This document shows, one piece after another, positions 21,932 through 29,315 of a stretch of 32,000 nucleotides of DNA (positions are counted from its first letter, which is position 1; every line of letters starts with the position of its first letter). Source of the stretch: Pirellula staleyi DSM 6068 (GTDB lineage: Bacteria; Planctomycetota; Planctomycetia; Pirellulales; Pirellulaceae); contig CP001848.1 of NCBI GenBank assembly GCA_000025185.1, positions 540,001 through 572,000 on the forward strand. The letters are read 5' to 3'. The notes beneath the pieces were generated by a model, which had not been told where the DNA came from, searched no databases, and saw only the letters and a list, made by a program, of their open reading frames with translations. The position numbers were made by a program, and so were the translations under genes.

Positions 21932-22317
21932 TGGGGAAACAGCCCTTGCATGAGGTCATCGGTCGATGAATTGGGAGCAGTCGAAGCAGCCGATTTCTGT
22001 ACGACTTCCCGAGGCTCTGAACTGACAACGTCGGGCGACCATTGGGGGAGCAATGCGGAGTCATCAAAGATTGCGTTTAGGTCACAGGGAGGAAGCTCGA
22101 TTGACTTGGAAACCTGCTGGCGGTGTCGGGCTACTTCTTCAGGCGATACACGTTCAGCGACTCCGAAACCGATTAACTCCCCTTCGACAATCACTCCTGC
22201 GATGCAAGCAGACTTTTGAATGTCGATCTTCTCACCTCGAATCGCGGGGTCGAACTTGCCAGTTTTTCGGAAGTGCTGAATCTGGGCGAGTGTCGGAATC
22301 GGATTGGCGATAGGCAC
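21913..22317 (-). CDS. Hypothetical protein
   Basis: 134 aa ORF in the operon, 3 nt after the upstream stop. Confidence 0.55.
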   Translation of the reverse strand: MPIANPIPTLAQIQHFRKTGKFDPAIRGEKIDIQKSACIAGVIVEGELIGFGVAERVSPEEVARHRQQVSKSIELPPCDLNAIFDDSALLPQWSPDVVSSEPREVVQKSAASTAPNSSTDDLMQGLFPQWLQTQ

Positions 22318-22320
22318 GGG

Positions 22321-22659
22321 TTAGTCTCCGTTGAGTTTTGATTGCAGTGTCTGAACGTGAGCAGTAAGGGAGTCGAGTAGTTCGGCCTGCTGAACACTCA
22401 GCTTGTGAAGCTCGACCGCAACGAAAGCCAACTGGTCGCATTGATCCAGCAGTTGCAAGCCTTGCGTTCGCTGCATCCCCTCAAGAGTCGCTTCGCCGAT
22501 TCGCTGGATTCGCGAAACCCGAGCAGTCGGGCCGAACTGAGATTTGCAACGGTCGATAGCTCTGCTCATGGCATGAACTGAGTCAGTAGCCAAAAGCATT
22601 CCGACGTGTGGCGACCGCTGGGAGTCGACGACGAAAACTAGATAAAGTTGCAGCTTCAT
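22321..22659 (-). CDS. Hypothetical protein
   Basis: 112 aa ORF, 4 nt after the upstream stop. Confidence 0.55.
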   Translation of the reverse strand: MKLQLYLVFVVDSQRSPHVGMLLATDSVHAMSRAIDRCKSQFGPTARVSRIQRIGEATLEGMQRTQGLQLLDQCDQLAFVAVELHKLSVQQAELLDSLTAHVQTLQSKLNGD

Positions 22660-22663
22660 TGGC

Positions 22664-22954
22664 TCACCAGGGAAACAGCGAGTTAAGCGAGGAATTCGGG
22701 CCTGTCGAGACTTGGGAGTTGTGGCGGGCTTCGCCGTCGTCTCGTTCGATGCCAGGGTTAGGGCAATAAGCCATCACCTCGCGAACTTCGAGAGCCGACT
22801 TTGCAATCAGCTGTTTTGTCTGAACTGCTTGCTCCGCTACGACTCGGTAGATTTGCGGCAAGCTCGCTTCAAGCTCGGCATCGGATAGCCCGTCAAGTTC
22901 GATACCGCGCTCTCGACAAATTGCCGCAAGAAATGGGGGAACAAGAACGGCCAT
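22664..22954 (-). CDS. Hypothetical protein (first gene of the operon)
   Basis: 96 aa ORF with an ATG start. It faces the attR-proximal non-coding region. Confidence 0.55.
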   Translation of the reverse strand: MAVLVPPFLAAICRERGIELDGLSDAELEASLPQIYRVVAEQAVQTKQLIAKSALEVREVMAYCPNPGIERDDGEARHNSQVSTGPNSSLNSLFPW

Positions 22955-23136
22955 TGTTGAGGCTCCAGACGCATGGGAAGCAACGGACAGAAATAGGCAT
23001 CAACCTGCCTTAGTTCCGTTGGTTTGAAGCACCTAGAGAGGCGGTGCTTGTGTCTTGATCTTTGTCTTTATCGTGGTCGATTCGGTACAGGCAGATTTGA
23101 CGTAAGTCGCGACAGAGTCGCTGAAAACCTGCCCCA

Positions 23137-23158
23137 ATTGTCAAACTATTTTGACAAT
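23137..23158. promoter_or_regulatory. TTGTCAAA/TTTGACAA inverted repeat near attR (candidate recombinase arm site)
   Basis: ATTGTCAAA (23137-23145) - CTAT - TTTGACAAT (23150-23158). This is the same motif as at 13657-13706 near attL. Confidence 0.45.
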
Positions 23159-23226
23159 CTCATCTACACTAAAAACCCGAATCGAGCCTAAATTCTAACA
23201 TATTAGATAGTTATGTCAAGCACAAA

Positions 23227-23277
23227 CACCGGTTTCCTAAACCGGTGGTCGTGGGTTCGAATCCCGCCCAGGGTACT
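23227..23277 (+). repeat. attR (displaced 3' portion of tRNA-Arg)
   Basis: 51 bp identical to 13524-13574. The upstream tRNA half is absent. Confidence 0.9.
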
Positions 23278-23298
23278 TGTTTGAATCGCCGCTGAACC

Positions 23299-23346
23299 AA
23301 GAAAAAACAAAAGGCGGGGGCAATCCGTGGTGGACTGCCCCCGCCT
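23299..23346 (-). terminator. Rho-independent terminator of the YXWGXW-repeat gene
   Basis: Perfect 11 bp stem AGGCGGGGGCA (23312-23322) / TGCCCCCGCCT (23336-23346). On the minus strand it is followed by TTTGTTTTTTC. Confidence 0.75.
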
Positions 23347-23419
23347 CTAACGTTTCTTGATCGAGGTTAGTACTGACGCCTAATTATCTGGCAACTATGA
23401 ACTAACCATCTGAAGAGCA

Positions 23420-25003
23420 TTAGTCACCCAAAAGTCCGCCACCGATATTGGGAAGAACGTTGGGTACACTGGGGACGACGTTTGGAACATTCGGTACCTG
23501 GGGGACAACATTCGGCACAGCAGGGACTGCTCCAGGAACTTTGGGTACAACACCTTCTACTGCCTCGGTCGCTCCGGATGTCAAACCTTTCACGACAGGG
23601 AGTGCTTGGTTGGTCGCTGGAGCCAAGGCGGCTGTTGCACGAGGTAGTTTGAGTGCGGTGCTAGGTAGCTGAACGGCTGTTTTGGTAGCTGTATTAAGAT
23701 CTACCGCGCCAGCTGCTGAGTTCACCTTCAAACGATCGGCGGTAACCAGATCGAGTTGTTTGAGATTGGCATCAAGTGCCACTCGCTGATCGGCTGAGAC
23801 TGCGACAAAACCTTGGGGGTTGGTCGAACGCAGTAGATCGATCGGCTGTCCGAGGACCGAATTCACCGCTCCACCTGCCACGCCCGCAACCTCGGGCAAC
23901 TGAGCTTGCTTAGCCAAATCCACAGCTGGCCGCAAAGCCTCATCGGCTGCGATTTTTCCGAACGAAGCAGCCGATTGCTTCAGGAAATCGACCCCTTCTG
24001 AGGCCTCGCGCCACACACGAAACGAAAGGACAGGATCGACCACTCCACGTGTCGCTGCCACTGTGTGCCAAGGTTGAATCCCCAGTTCACGGAAGTTGTC
24101 GCCATAGTAGTCACCGAACAAATAGGTACTAGCTCCTGCGCGAACAAACAAGTGATTCGCTAATACGCTGTTATTAATGGCCACACTAGGAGTGAATCTG
24201 AGTGCAGCTCCATTTGTGCGTGCACCCGCTGCAATACGAATCGGCGCGAACAACTGTCCGCGAATCGATAGTGGGTAATCCCAATAGCCCGGCACATAAA
24301 CATAACCGGCTGATGTGGCTACATAATGCGATGGGACCCACAAATAGCCCCGTTGATAGGGAGCCCACTGCCCTGCATGCCAACGATAGTCGTTATTATA
24401 AGGTTCCCAGTACCCAGGAATCCAACATTGATTATTGTCGATTGCTGGCGAACTTGGACCATTATCGAGCGATTTAGGTGGTCGTTTATAAAACCCTAAC
24501 TCGGCGTCGCTAGCTGCCGCCCAAAATCCGCTATTCCATTGATAGCCCCCTTCCACTTGGGCCCACACACCAGGGACCCAGCGCATGCCGGGTGGAGCCG
24601 AACGCCAGGCACCGGTGATCCACAAAAAGTCGTTGGTGGCTTCATCCCAGGCCCAGTAGCCCGGCGCCCAAATCATGTTGTTCCCTGCAGGTCGCACCGC
24701 CGGGGGAATCTCGTCGATGTCGGCTGGTGGCTCTGTTGGGATAACCGCGCTGGGTGCTGCGTTGAGCTGAATCTGCTGCAGGAAAGCTTCGTGAACCGGA
24801 CCTCGCAGTACGGCGCTGAACTGCGCATCGGCGTCAACGGTTGCTTCAGCTGCGGCGTCTACCTGGGGGGCCACTTCGTCTTGCGCGGGGGTTGCTGGCA
24901 CTTTTGTTTGAGCCTGCACGCTCTCAGCGGCGACCCATCCGGTTACCACAAGGGCCGCAACGCCAAGACCTGTTCCTACCATCTTCAGTTTTGCCATCTT
25001 CAT
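23420..25003 (-). CDS. Secreted YXWGXW-repeat protein with a Val/Pro/Asn-rich C-terminal tail
   Basis: 527 aa. Signal peptide MKMAKLKMVGTGLGVAALVVTGWVAAESVQA. Repeats PGYWAWD, WVPGVWAQ, GYQWNSGFW, IPGYWEPY, YRWHAGQW, YVPGYWDY. Tail VPKVPGAVPAVPNVVPQVPNVPNVVPSVPNVLPN. Confidence 0.85.
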   Translation of the reverse strand: MKMAKLKMVGTGLGVAALVVTGWVAAESVQAQTKVPATPAQDEVAPQVDAAAEATVDADAQFSAVLRGPVHEAFLQQIQLNAAPSAVIPTEPPADIDEIPPAVRPAGNNMIWAPGYWAWDEATNDFLWITGAWRSAPPGMRWVPGVWAQVEGGYQWNSGFWAAASDAELGFYKRPPKSLDNGPSSPAIDNNQCWIPGYWEPYNNDYRWHAGQWAPYQRGYLWVPSHYVATSAGYVYVPGYWDYPLSIRGQLFAPIRIAAGARTNGAALRFTPSVAINNSVLANHLFVRAGASTYLFGDYYGDNFRELGIQPWHTVAATRGVVDPVLSFRVWREASEGVDFLKQSAASFGKIAADEALRPAVDLAKQAQLPEVAGVAGGAVNSVLGQPIDLLRSTNPQGFVAVSADQRVALDANLKQLDLVTADRLKVNSAAGAVDLNTATKTAVQLPSTALKLPRATAALAPATNQALPVVKGLTSGATEAVEGVVPKVPGAVPAVPNVVPQVPNVPNVVPSVPNVLPNIGGGLLGD

Positions 25004-25518
25004 TGGATGCTCCTTAGTGAGAGTCTGCCGCTAAGCCCACGCTGGGGCTCGCAGCGAAACGCCAACCAAAAGTCCAGTTGGTGGGGAGAACCATTCTCCA
25101 CTTGGATGTCGCACATCGTGTCGCCAAGTTTCGCGTCAAACACCCCATCACTGTGACAGGGGGTCACAAAACTCGGTCACTCAGGCCTGAGCGGGTCTAT
25201 CGTAGAAGTGACCACCCACGAGTCCAGTGCGGCTACCCGCTCCTGATCGACTCACGCTCCCTGGCAGCCCAATTTAACACCCTAGAAAATGCGCGTAATC
25301 CATTTACAAGATTAGACTTAGCGATAGCCAACATCAGCCGCGACAGGGTCCTTCTCCCTCGCTAGCAGGTGGCCAAAAATCTGCTAAAAAGTCCTTACAT
25401 CGGTCGAAACCTGGCAGCTGATGGGTGTTGGCGGCTCGTTTTCAATAGCAGCTGACAGCCGTCCTACGCTATTCCCCGCGACCTGCCAAAGTCAGCCCCA
25501 GAATCAAGAAAAACTAGA

Positions 25519-25546
25519 TTGACATGTAGCGATGTTCCGATATATT
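25519..25546 (+). promoter_or_regulatory. Sigma70-like promoter of the ArsR/sulfur operon
   Basis: TTGACA (25519-25524), 16 nt spacer, TATATT (25541-25546). GAAGGA lies 7 nt before the ATG at 25568. Confidence 0.6.
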
Positions 25547-25567
25547 TACCTGTAGAAGGATCAAACC

Positions 25568-25882
25568 ATGTCACCCGCTAAAAAAGCCAACCTCACCAGC
25601 CTCGAAGCGCTCGGTCAAGCTGCCGAGTGTCTGAAGATCCTGGCCCATCCCCATCGACTTCGGATGGTGCAAATGTTGCTGGCCGACCAATACACCGTGG
25701 GCCAACTTGCCGACGCTTGCGAGATTCCCAGCCCCATGGCTTCGGAACACTTGCGGCTAATGCAGCGTTGCGGATTTCTCTCCGCCACCAAAGATGGCCG
25801 ATTCGTCTACTACTCGATTGCCGAACCTCACCTCGCCAACATCATGTCCTGCATCGAAGCCCGCTTCGGAGCCCCCTCCTGA
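25568..25882 (+). CDS. ArsR/SmtB-family transcriptional regulator (context suggests a BigR/SqrR-like persulfide sensor)
   Basis: 104 aa. LKILAHPHRLRMVQMLL...YTVGQLADACEIPSPMASEHLRLMQRCGFLSATKDGRFVYYSI is a canonical ArsR wHTH. It has four Cys (21, 51, 68, 95) and heads a sulfide-oxidation operon. Confidence 0.85.
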   Translation: MSPAKKANLTSLEALGQAAECLKILAHPHRLRMVQMLLADQYTVGQLADACEIPSPMASEHLRLMQRCGFLSATKDGRFVYYSIAEPHLANIMSCIEARFGAPS

Positions 25883-25981
25883 ACCCGCACTAACGACAAA
25901 GTCTTTTTTTAGACAATAGATCGACATATCCCGACATTTCTACAAAACACTCCACCAGTATCGCATTCGAAGGAACCTCCC

Positions 25982-26902
25982 ATGACCGCCACCATTTCTG
26001 CTGAAGAACTCAAACGACAACTCACCTCGGGAAAGAGTCTCACGCTCGTCGACGTACGGACCCCTGTCGAGTTCCGCGAGATCCATGTCCAAGGTGCAAA
26101 AAACTTTCCCCTCGATCGGCTCGACACAGCCGCCATTGCTGCGGAGCGGAAAGTCGAAAGCGAGCCGCTCTATGTCATCTGTCGCAGCGGCAGCCGGGGT
26201 CGCCAAGCGTGCGAAAAACTGACAGCCGCTGGCGTCGCCAATGTGGTGAACGTCGAAGGGGGCACCGTCGCCTGCGACGCTGCTGGTGTCGCCGTGGTGA
26301 AGGGAAAGAAAGCGATCTCGCTCGAGCGACAAGTCCGCATCGTCGCTGGTTCGCTTGTGGTCGTTGGAGCCGCCCTCACCCTCGTACACCCTTACTTCGC
26401 CGCCCTCCCTGCTTTCATCGGTGCCGGGCTCGTCTTCGCTGGCATCACCGACACTTGCGGCATGGCGATGATGCTCGCCCGCATGCCTTGGAATCAGGTC
26501 GCAGGGGGCGCGTGTAAAGTCGCGCTGCTGTTGTCGTTGATCACGCTCGCTTCCACCGCCCAGGCAGTCGATCACACCAAGGATTCGCTCGACACCGTGA
26601 AGCAGAATCTTGCCCAGAAAAAAGCGGTGATTATCGATGTCCGTGAACTGCGCGAGTGGAAATCAGGCCACCTTGCAGAGGCCTCGCTGCTGCCACTCAG
26701 CGAACTCGAAGATCGCTTGGCCCGCGAACCCGAAAAAGTGCTCGCTCAGCTTCCTCAAGACAAAGTGATCTATCTCCACTGCCTCATGGGTGGTCGCTGC
26801 TTGCAAGCTGCAGAACTCCTCCAAGGGAAGGGTCTCGACATTCGCCCGCTTAAGCCCGGGATCAACGATCTTTTGCGAGCCGGATTCCCCGCTGCCAAGT
26901 AA
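25982..26902 (+). CDS. Rhodanese - DUF2892 (YgaP-like membrane hairpin) - TM - second rhodanese fusion protein
   Basis: 306 aa. Domain 1 has the active-site loop CRSGSRG. DUF2892-like segment: SLERQVRIVAGSLVVVGAAL...GAGLVFAGITDTCGM. A signal-peptide-like segment follows (ACKVALLLSLITLASTAQA). Domain 2 has the loop CLMGGRC. Confidence 0.85.
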   Translation: MTATISAEELKRQLTSGKSLTLVDVRTPVEFREIHVQGAKNFPLDRLDTAAIAAERKVESEPLYVICRSGSRGRQACEKLTAAGVANVVNVEGGTVACDAAGVAVVKGKKAISLERQVRIVAGSLVVVGAALTLVHPYFAALPAFIGAGLVFAGITDTCGMAMMLARMPWNQVAGGACKVALLLSLITLASTAQAVDHTKDSLDTVKQNLAQKKAVIIDVRELREWKSGHLAEASLLPLSELEDRLAREPEKVLAQLPQDKVIYLHCLMGGRCLQAAELLQGKGLDIRPLKPGINDLLRAGFPAAK

Positions 26903-26959
26903 ATCCAGTAGCCCCCATTGCGCTCACCATTCCCACCTCACTTAGCGAAAGCTCCTGCC

Positions 26960-28357
26960 ATGTTACTCAAATACTTTTATGACACCGGACTGGCTCACGC
27001 TTCTTACATGATCGGCTGTCAGCGTAGTGGCGAGGCGATCATCATCGATCCCAGCCGCTCGGTCGATCAGTACCTGGAAGCAGCGAAAGCCGAGGGACTG
27101 AAGATCGTTGGCGCAGCGGAAACGCACATCCATGCCGACTTTGTTTCGGGTGCGCGAGAACTTGCTCACCGCGTGGGGGCCAAGCTCTATCTTTCCGATG
27201 AAGGAACAGCCGACTGGAAGTATCAGAACCTCGAGGGACTTAGCGCTCAGCTCGTGAAACATCACGACAAGTTCTATGTCGGGCGGGTCAAACTCGAGGT
27301 GCTTCACACACCTGGTCACACTCCCGAAAGCATTTCGTTCCTCCTCACCGATGAAGGTGGTGGCGCATCGCAGCCGATCGGAATTTTTACTGGCGATTTT
27401 GTGTTTGTCGGCTCGATCGGCCGCCCCGATCTGCTCGAAACAGCTGCCGGAATGATGGGAACGGCAGAAGTCGGCGCACGTCAGCTCTACCACTCGATGC
27501 TGGCGTTCCTCGAACTTCCCGATCACCTGCAAGTCTGGCCCGCTCATGGTGCCGGTAGTGCTTGCGGCAAAGGACTCGGCGCAATTCCATCGAGCACTGT
27601 TGGCTATGAAAAGCTCATCAATCCCGCACTGCAGTTTCGCGACGAGCAAAAGTTCGTCGACTACATCCTCGCCGATCAGCCGGAAACACCGTTTTACTTT
27701 GCAGTGATGAAGCGTGTGAACAAAGTGGGGCCTGCTCCCCTTAGCTCGCTTCCACCGGTCGCCCCGATCGATCCCAGCCAGCTCGCCACCCTTGCTACTC
27801 GCGAACTCGTCGTCGATACCGCAGCCGCTAAAGAATTTGGCGAGCACCACGTCGCGGGAACCATCAACATCCCGACAGCGATGCTTCAGCAGTGGGCTGG
27901 GTTTTTGGTGAACTACGAAAAACCGGTTTACTTCATCACCACAGCCGAGGCGCTCCCAGCACAGCTTCGCGCTCTGCGATCAATCGGCATCGACAATGTC
28001 GCTGGCTATTTCGAAAGTTCGCAGACCACCGATTATCGCCAGGCGAGCTACTCCACCATCCCCCCTGCTGAACTGCAGGCTGCGATTGAAAGTGGCAAGC
28101 TGCGGCTGATCGATGTTCGCGCGAAAACCGAATTCGACGACTACCGAATCGCTGGAGCCGAGCATCATTTTCTCGGCCGGTTGTTTCGCGAACTAACCAC
28201 CATTGCACGCGACAAACCGCTCGTCACGCAGTGCCTCGGCGGAGGACGCTCGGCCATTGCCGCCAGCATCCTCGAGCGCGAAGGTTTTTCCGTCATCAAC
28301 ATGCAAGGTGGCATCCGCGCTTGGCAGCAAGCGGGCCTTCCAACCGTGCAGTCGTAG
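26960..28357 (+). CDS. MBL-fold metallo-hydrolase (persulfide-dioxygenase-like, CstB/Blh-type architecture) with two C-terminal rhodanese domains
   Basis: Track ORF 26918.. trimmed to the ATG at 26960 (MLLKYFYD). Metal motif AETHIHADFVSG, then HTPGHTPES. The terminal rhodanese has the active-site loop CLGGGRS. Confidence 0.8.
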   Translation: MLLKYFYDTGLAHASYMIGCQRSGEAIIIDPSRSVDQYLEAAKAEGLKIVGAAETHIHADFVSGARELAHRVGAKLYLSDEGTADWKYQNLEGLSAQLVKHHDKFYVGRVKLEVLHTPGHTPESISFLLTDEGGGASQPIGIFTGDFVFVGSIGRPDLLETAAGMMGTAEVGARQLYHSMLAFLELPDHLQVWPAHGAGSACGKGLGAIPSSTVGYEKLINPALQFRDEQKFVDYILADQPETPFYFAVMKRVNKVGPAPLSSLPPVAPIDPSQLATLATRELVVDTAAAKEFGEHHVAGTINIPTAMLQQWAGFLVNYEKPVYFITTAEALPAQLRALRSIGIDNVAGYFESSQTTDYRQASYSTIPPAELQAAIESGKLRLIDVRAKTEFDDYRIAGAEHHFLGRLFRELTTIARDKPLVTQCLGGGRSAIAASILEREGFSVINMQGGIRAWQQAGLPTVQS

Positions 28358-28415
28358 TCCACTCTGCTTCTGTGCTCCACCATGTTCACCTCTATCGTCG
28401 CCAAGTGATCTACTC

Positions 28416-29243
28416 ATGATCTGGGCCCTCACCATCGCACTCGGAGCTCTCGTCGGAGTTTCCCTCGGCCTGACCGGAGGAGGAGGCGCAATCTTTGCGG
28501 TTCCTCTTCTCGTCTACGGCCTTGGATTCGACTCGCGACAAGCGGCCACCATGTCGCTGGTGACAGTCGGCATCACGTCGCTGATCGGACTCCTTCAAAA
28601 AGCAGCCCAGCGACAACTCGAATTCAAAGTCGGCCTGTTGTTTGCCATTGCCGGAGCCCTTGGAAGCCCGATCGGTGTGATGCTTGCCGCCCAGCTTCAC
28701 GAAACGCTCCGCCTGGCGCTGTTCGCAGGGCTGATGCTCGTGATTGCCTTCCAGATGTGGCGCCGCGCATCGACGGTGCAGCTGGAACTCCCACTCGCCT
28801 GGCATCGCACCCCGACAGAGCAGCGTGCGGTCACCTGCCAGCGAGATCCGGAAGGAATTCTGCGGATAACCTCCCCTTGCGCCCTGCTGCTTGGCGCTGT
28901 CGGCATCGGCGCTGGAATCCTCTCGGGAATGTTCGGAGTGGGAGGTGGATTCATCATCGTCCCCGCGCTCGTTCTGTTCAGCGGAATGGCGATGCGCCGC
29001 GCTGTCGGCACCTCGCTCTTGGTCATCACCATTGTCAGCCTCACGACACTCCTGCTGCAAACGCTCGATGGAGTCGAAATACCTCTCATCACCACCTCTC
29101 TTTTCTCCGCAGGGAGCATCGCTGGCCTGCTGCTGGGGAGCGGACTCTCTCATCTCCTGGCTGGACCACGGCTGCAAAAAGTGTTCGCCACCATGATCCT
29201 GCTCGTCGTGATTTTCATCATCACCAAAACGGTCCTCACCTAA
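28416..29243 (+). CDS. TauE/SafE-family sulfite/anion exporter
   Basis: Track ORF 28203.. trimmed to the ATG at 28416 (MIWALTIALGALVGVSLGLTGGGGAIFAVPLLVY). It shows the duplicated GxGGG(x)I(x)VP motif and multiple TM helices. Confidence 0.85.
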   Translation: MIWALTIALGALVGVSLGLTGGGGAIFAVPLLVYGLGFDSRQAATMSLVTVGITSLIGLLQKAAQRQLEFKVGLLFAIAGALGSPIGVMLAAQLHETLRLALFAGLMLVIAFQMWRRASTVQLELPLAWHRTPTEQRAVTCQRDPEGILRITSPCALLLGAVGIGAGILSGMFGVGGGFIIVPALVLFSGMAMRRAVGTSLLVITIVSLTTLLLQTLDGVEIPLITTSLFSAGSIAGLLLGSGLSHLLAGPRLQKVFATMILLVVIFIITKTVLT

Positions 29244-29315
29244 AACATCCCCGCAGCTTCCTATCGATCATGCCCCACTCTACACGCACCGCTTAAACCC
29301 TGGTCGAGGCTCCCG

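Larger units (their letters stand above)
13524..23277 (+). mobile_element. Integrative genomic island in the 3' end of tRNA-Arg(CCT), 9.75 kb
   Basis: A 51 bp perfect direct repeat (13524-13574 = 23227-23277) covers the anticodon stem to the 3' end of the tRNA. A tyrosine integrase lies next to attL, and the interior is filled with recombinases and ORFan genes. Confidence 0.85.

Noticed and set aside
13479-23108. The 14 bp exact repeat ATTTGACGTAAGTC (13479-13492 and 23095-23108) as proof of an older duplicated att site.
   Set aside because: A single 14-mer match within 32 kb is about what chance alone allows. I report it only as part of the ATTTGAC motif cluster.
13524-23277. Calling the island a prophage, an ICE or a PICI-like satellite.
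   Set aside because: I recognise no capsid, tail, terminase large subunit, relaxase, T4SS or replication genes. Only recombinases and HTH proteins are identifiable, so I leave it as a generic integrative island.
26918-28415. Upstream starts given by the track for the MBL gene (26918) and the TauE gene (28203).
   Set aside because: The extension of the TauE ORF overlaps the end of the MBL-rhodanese gene by about 150 nt in another frame and is Ser/Pro/Ala-rich. The internal ATGs at 26960 and 28416 begin exactly at the conserved domain sequence.
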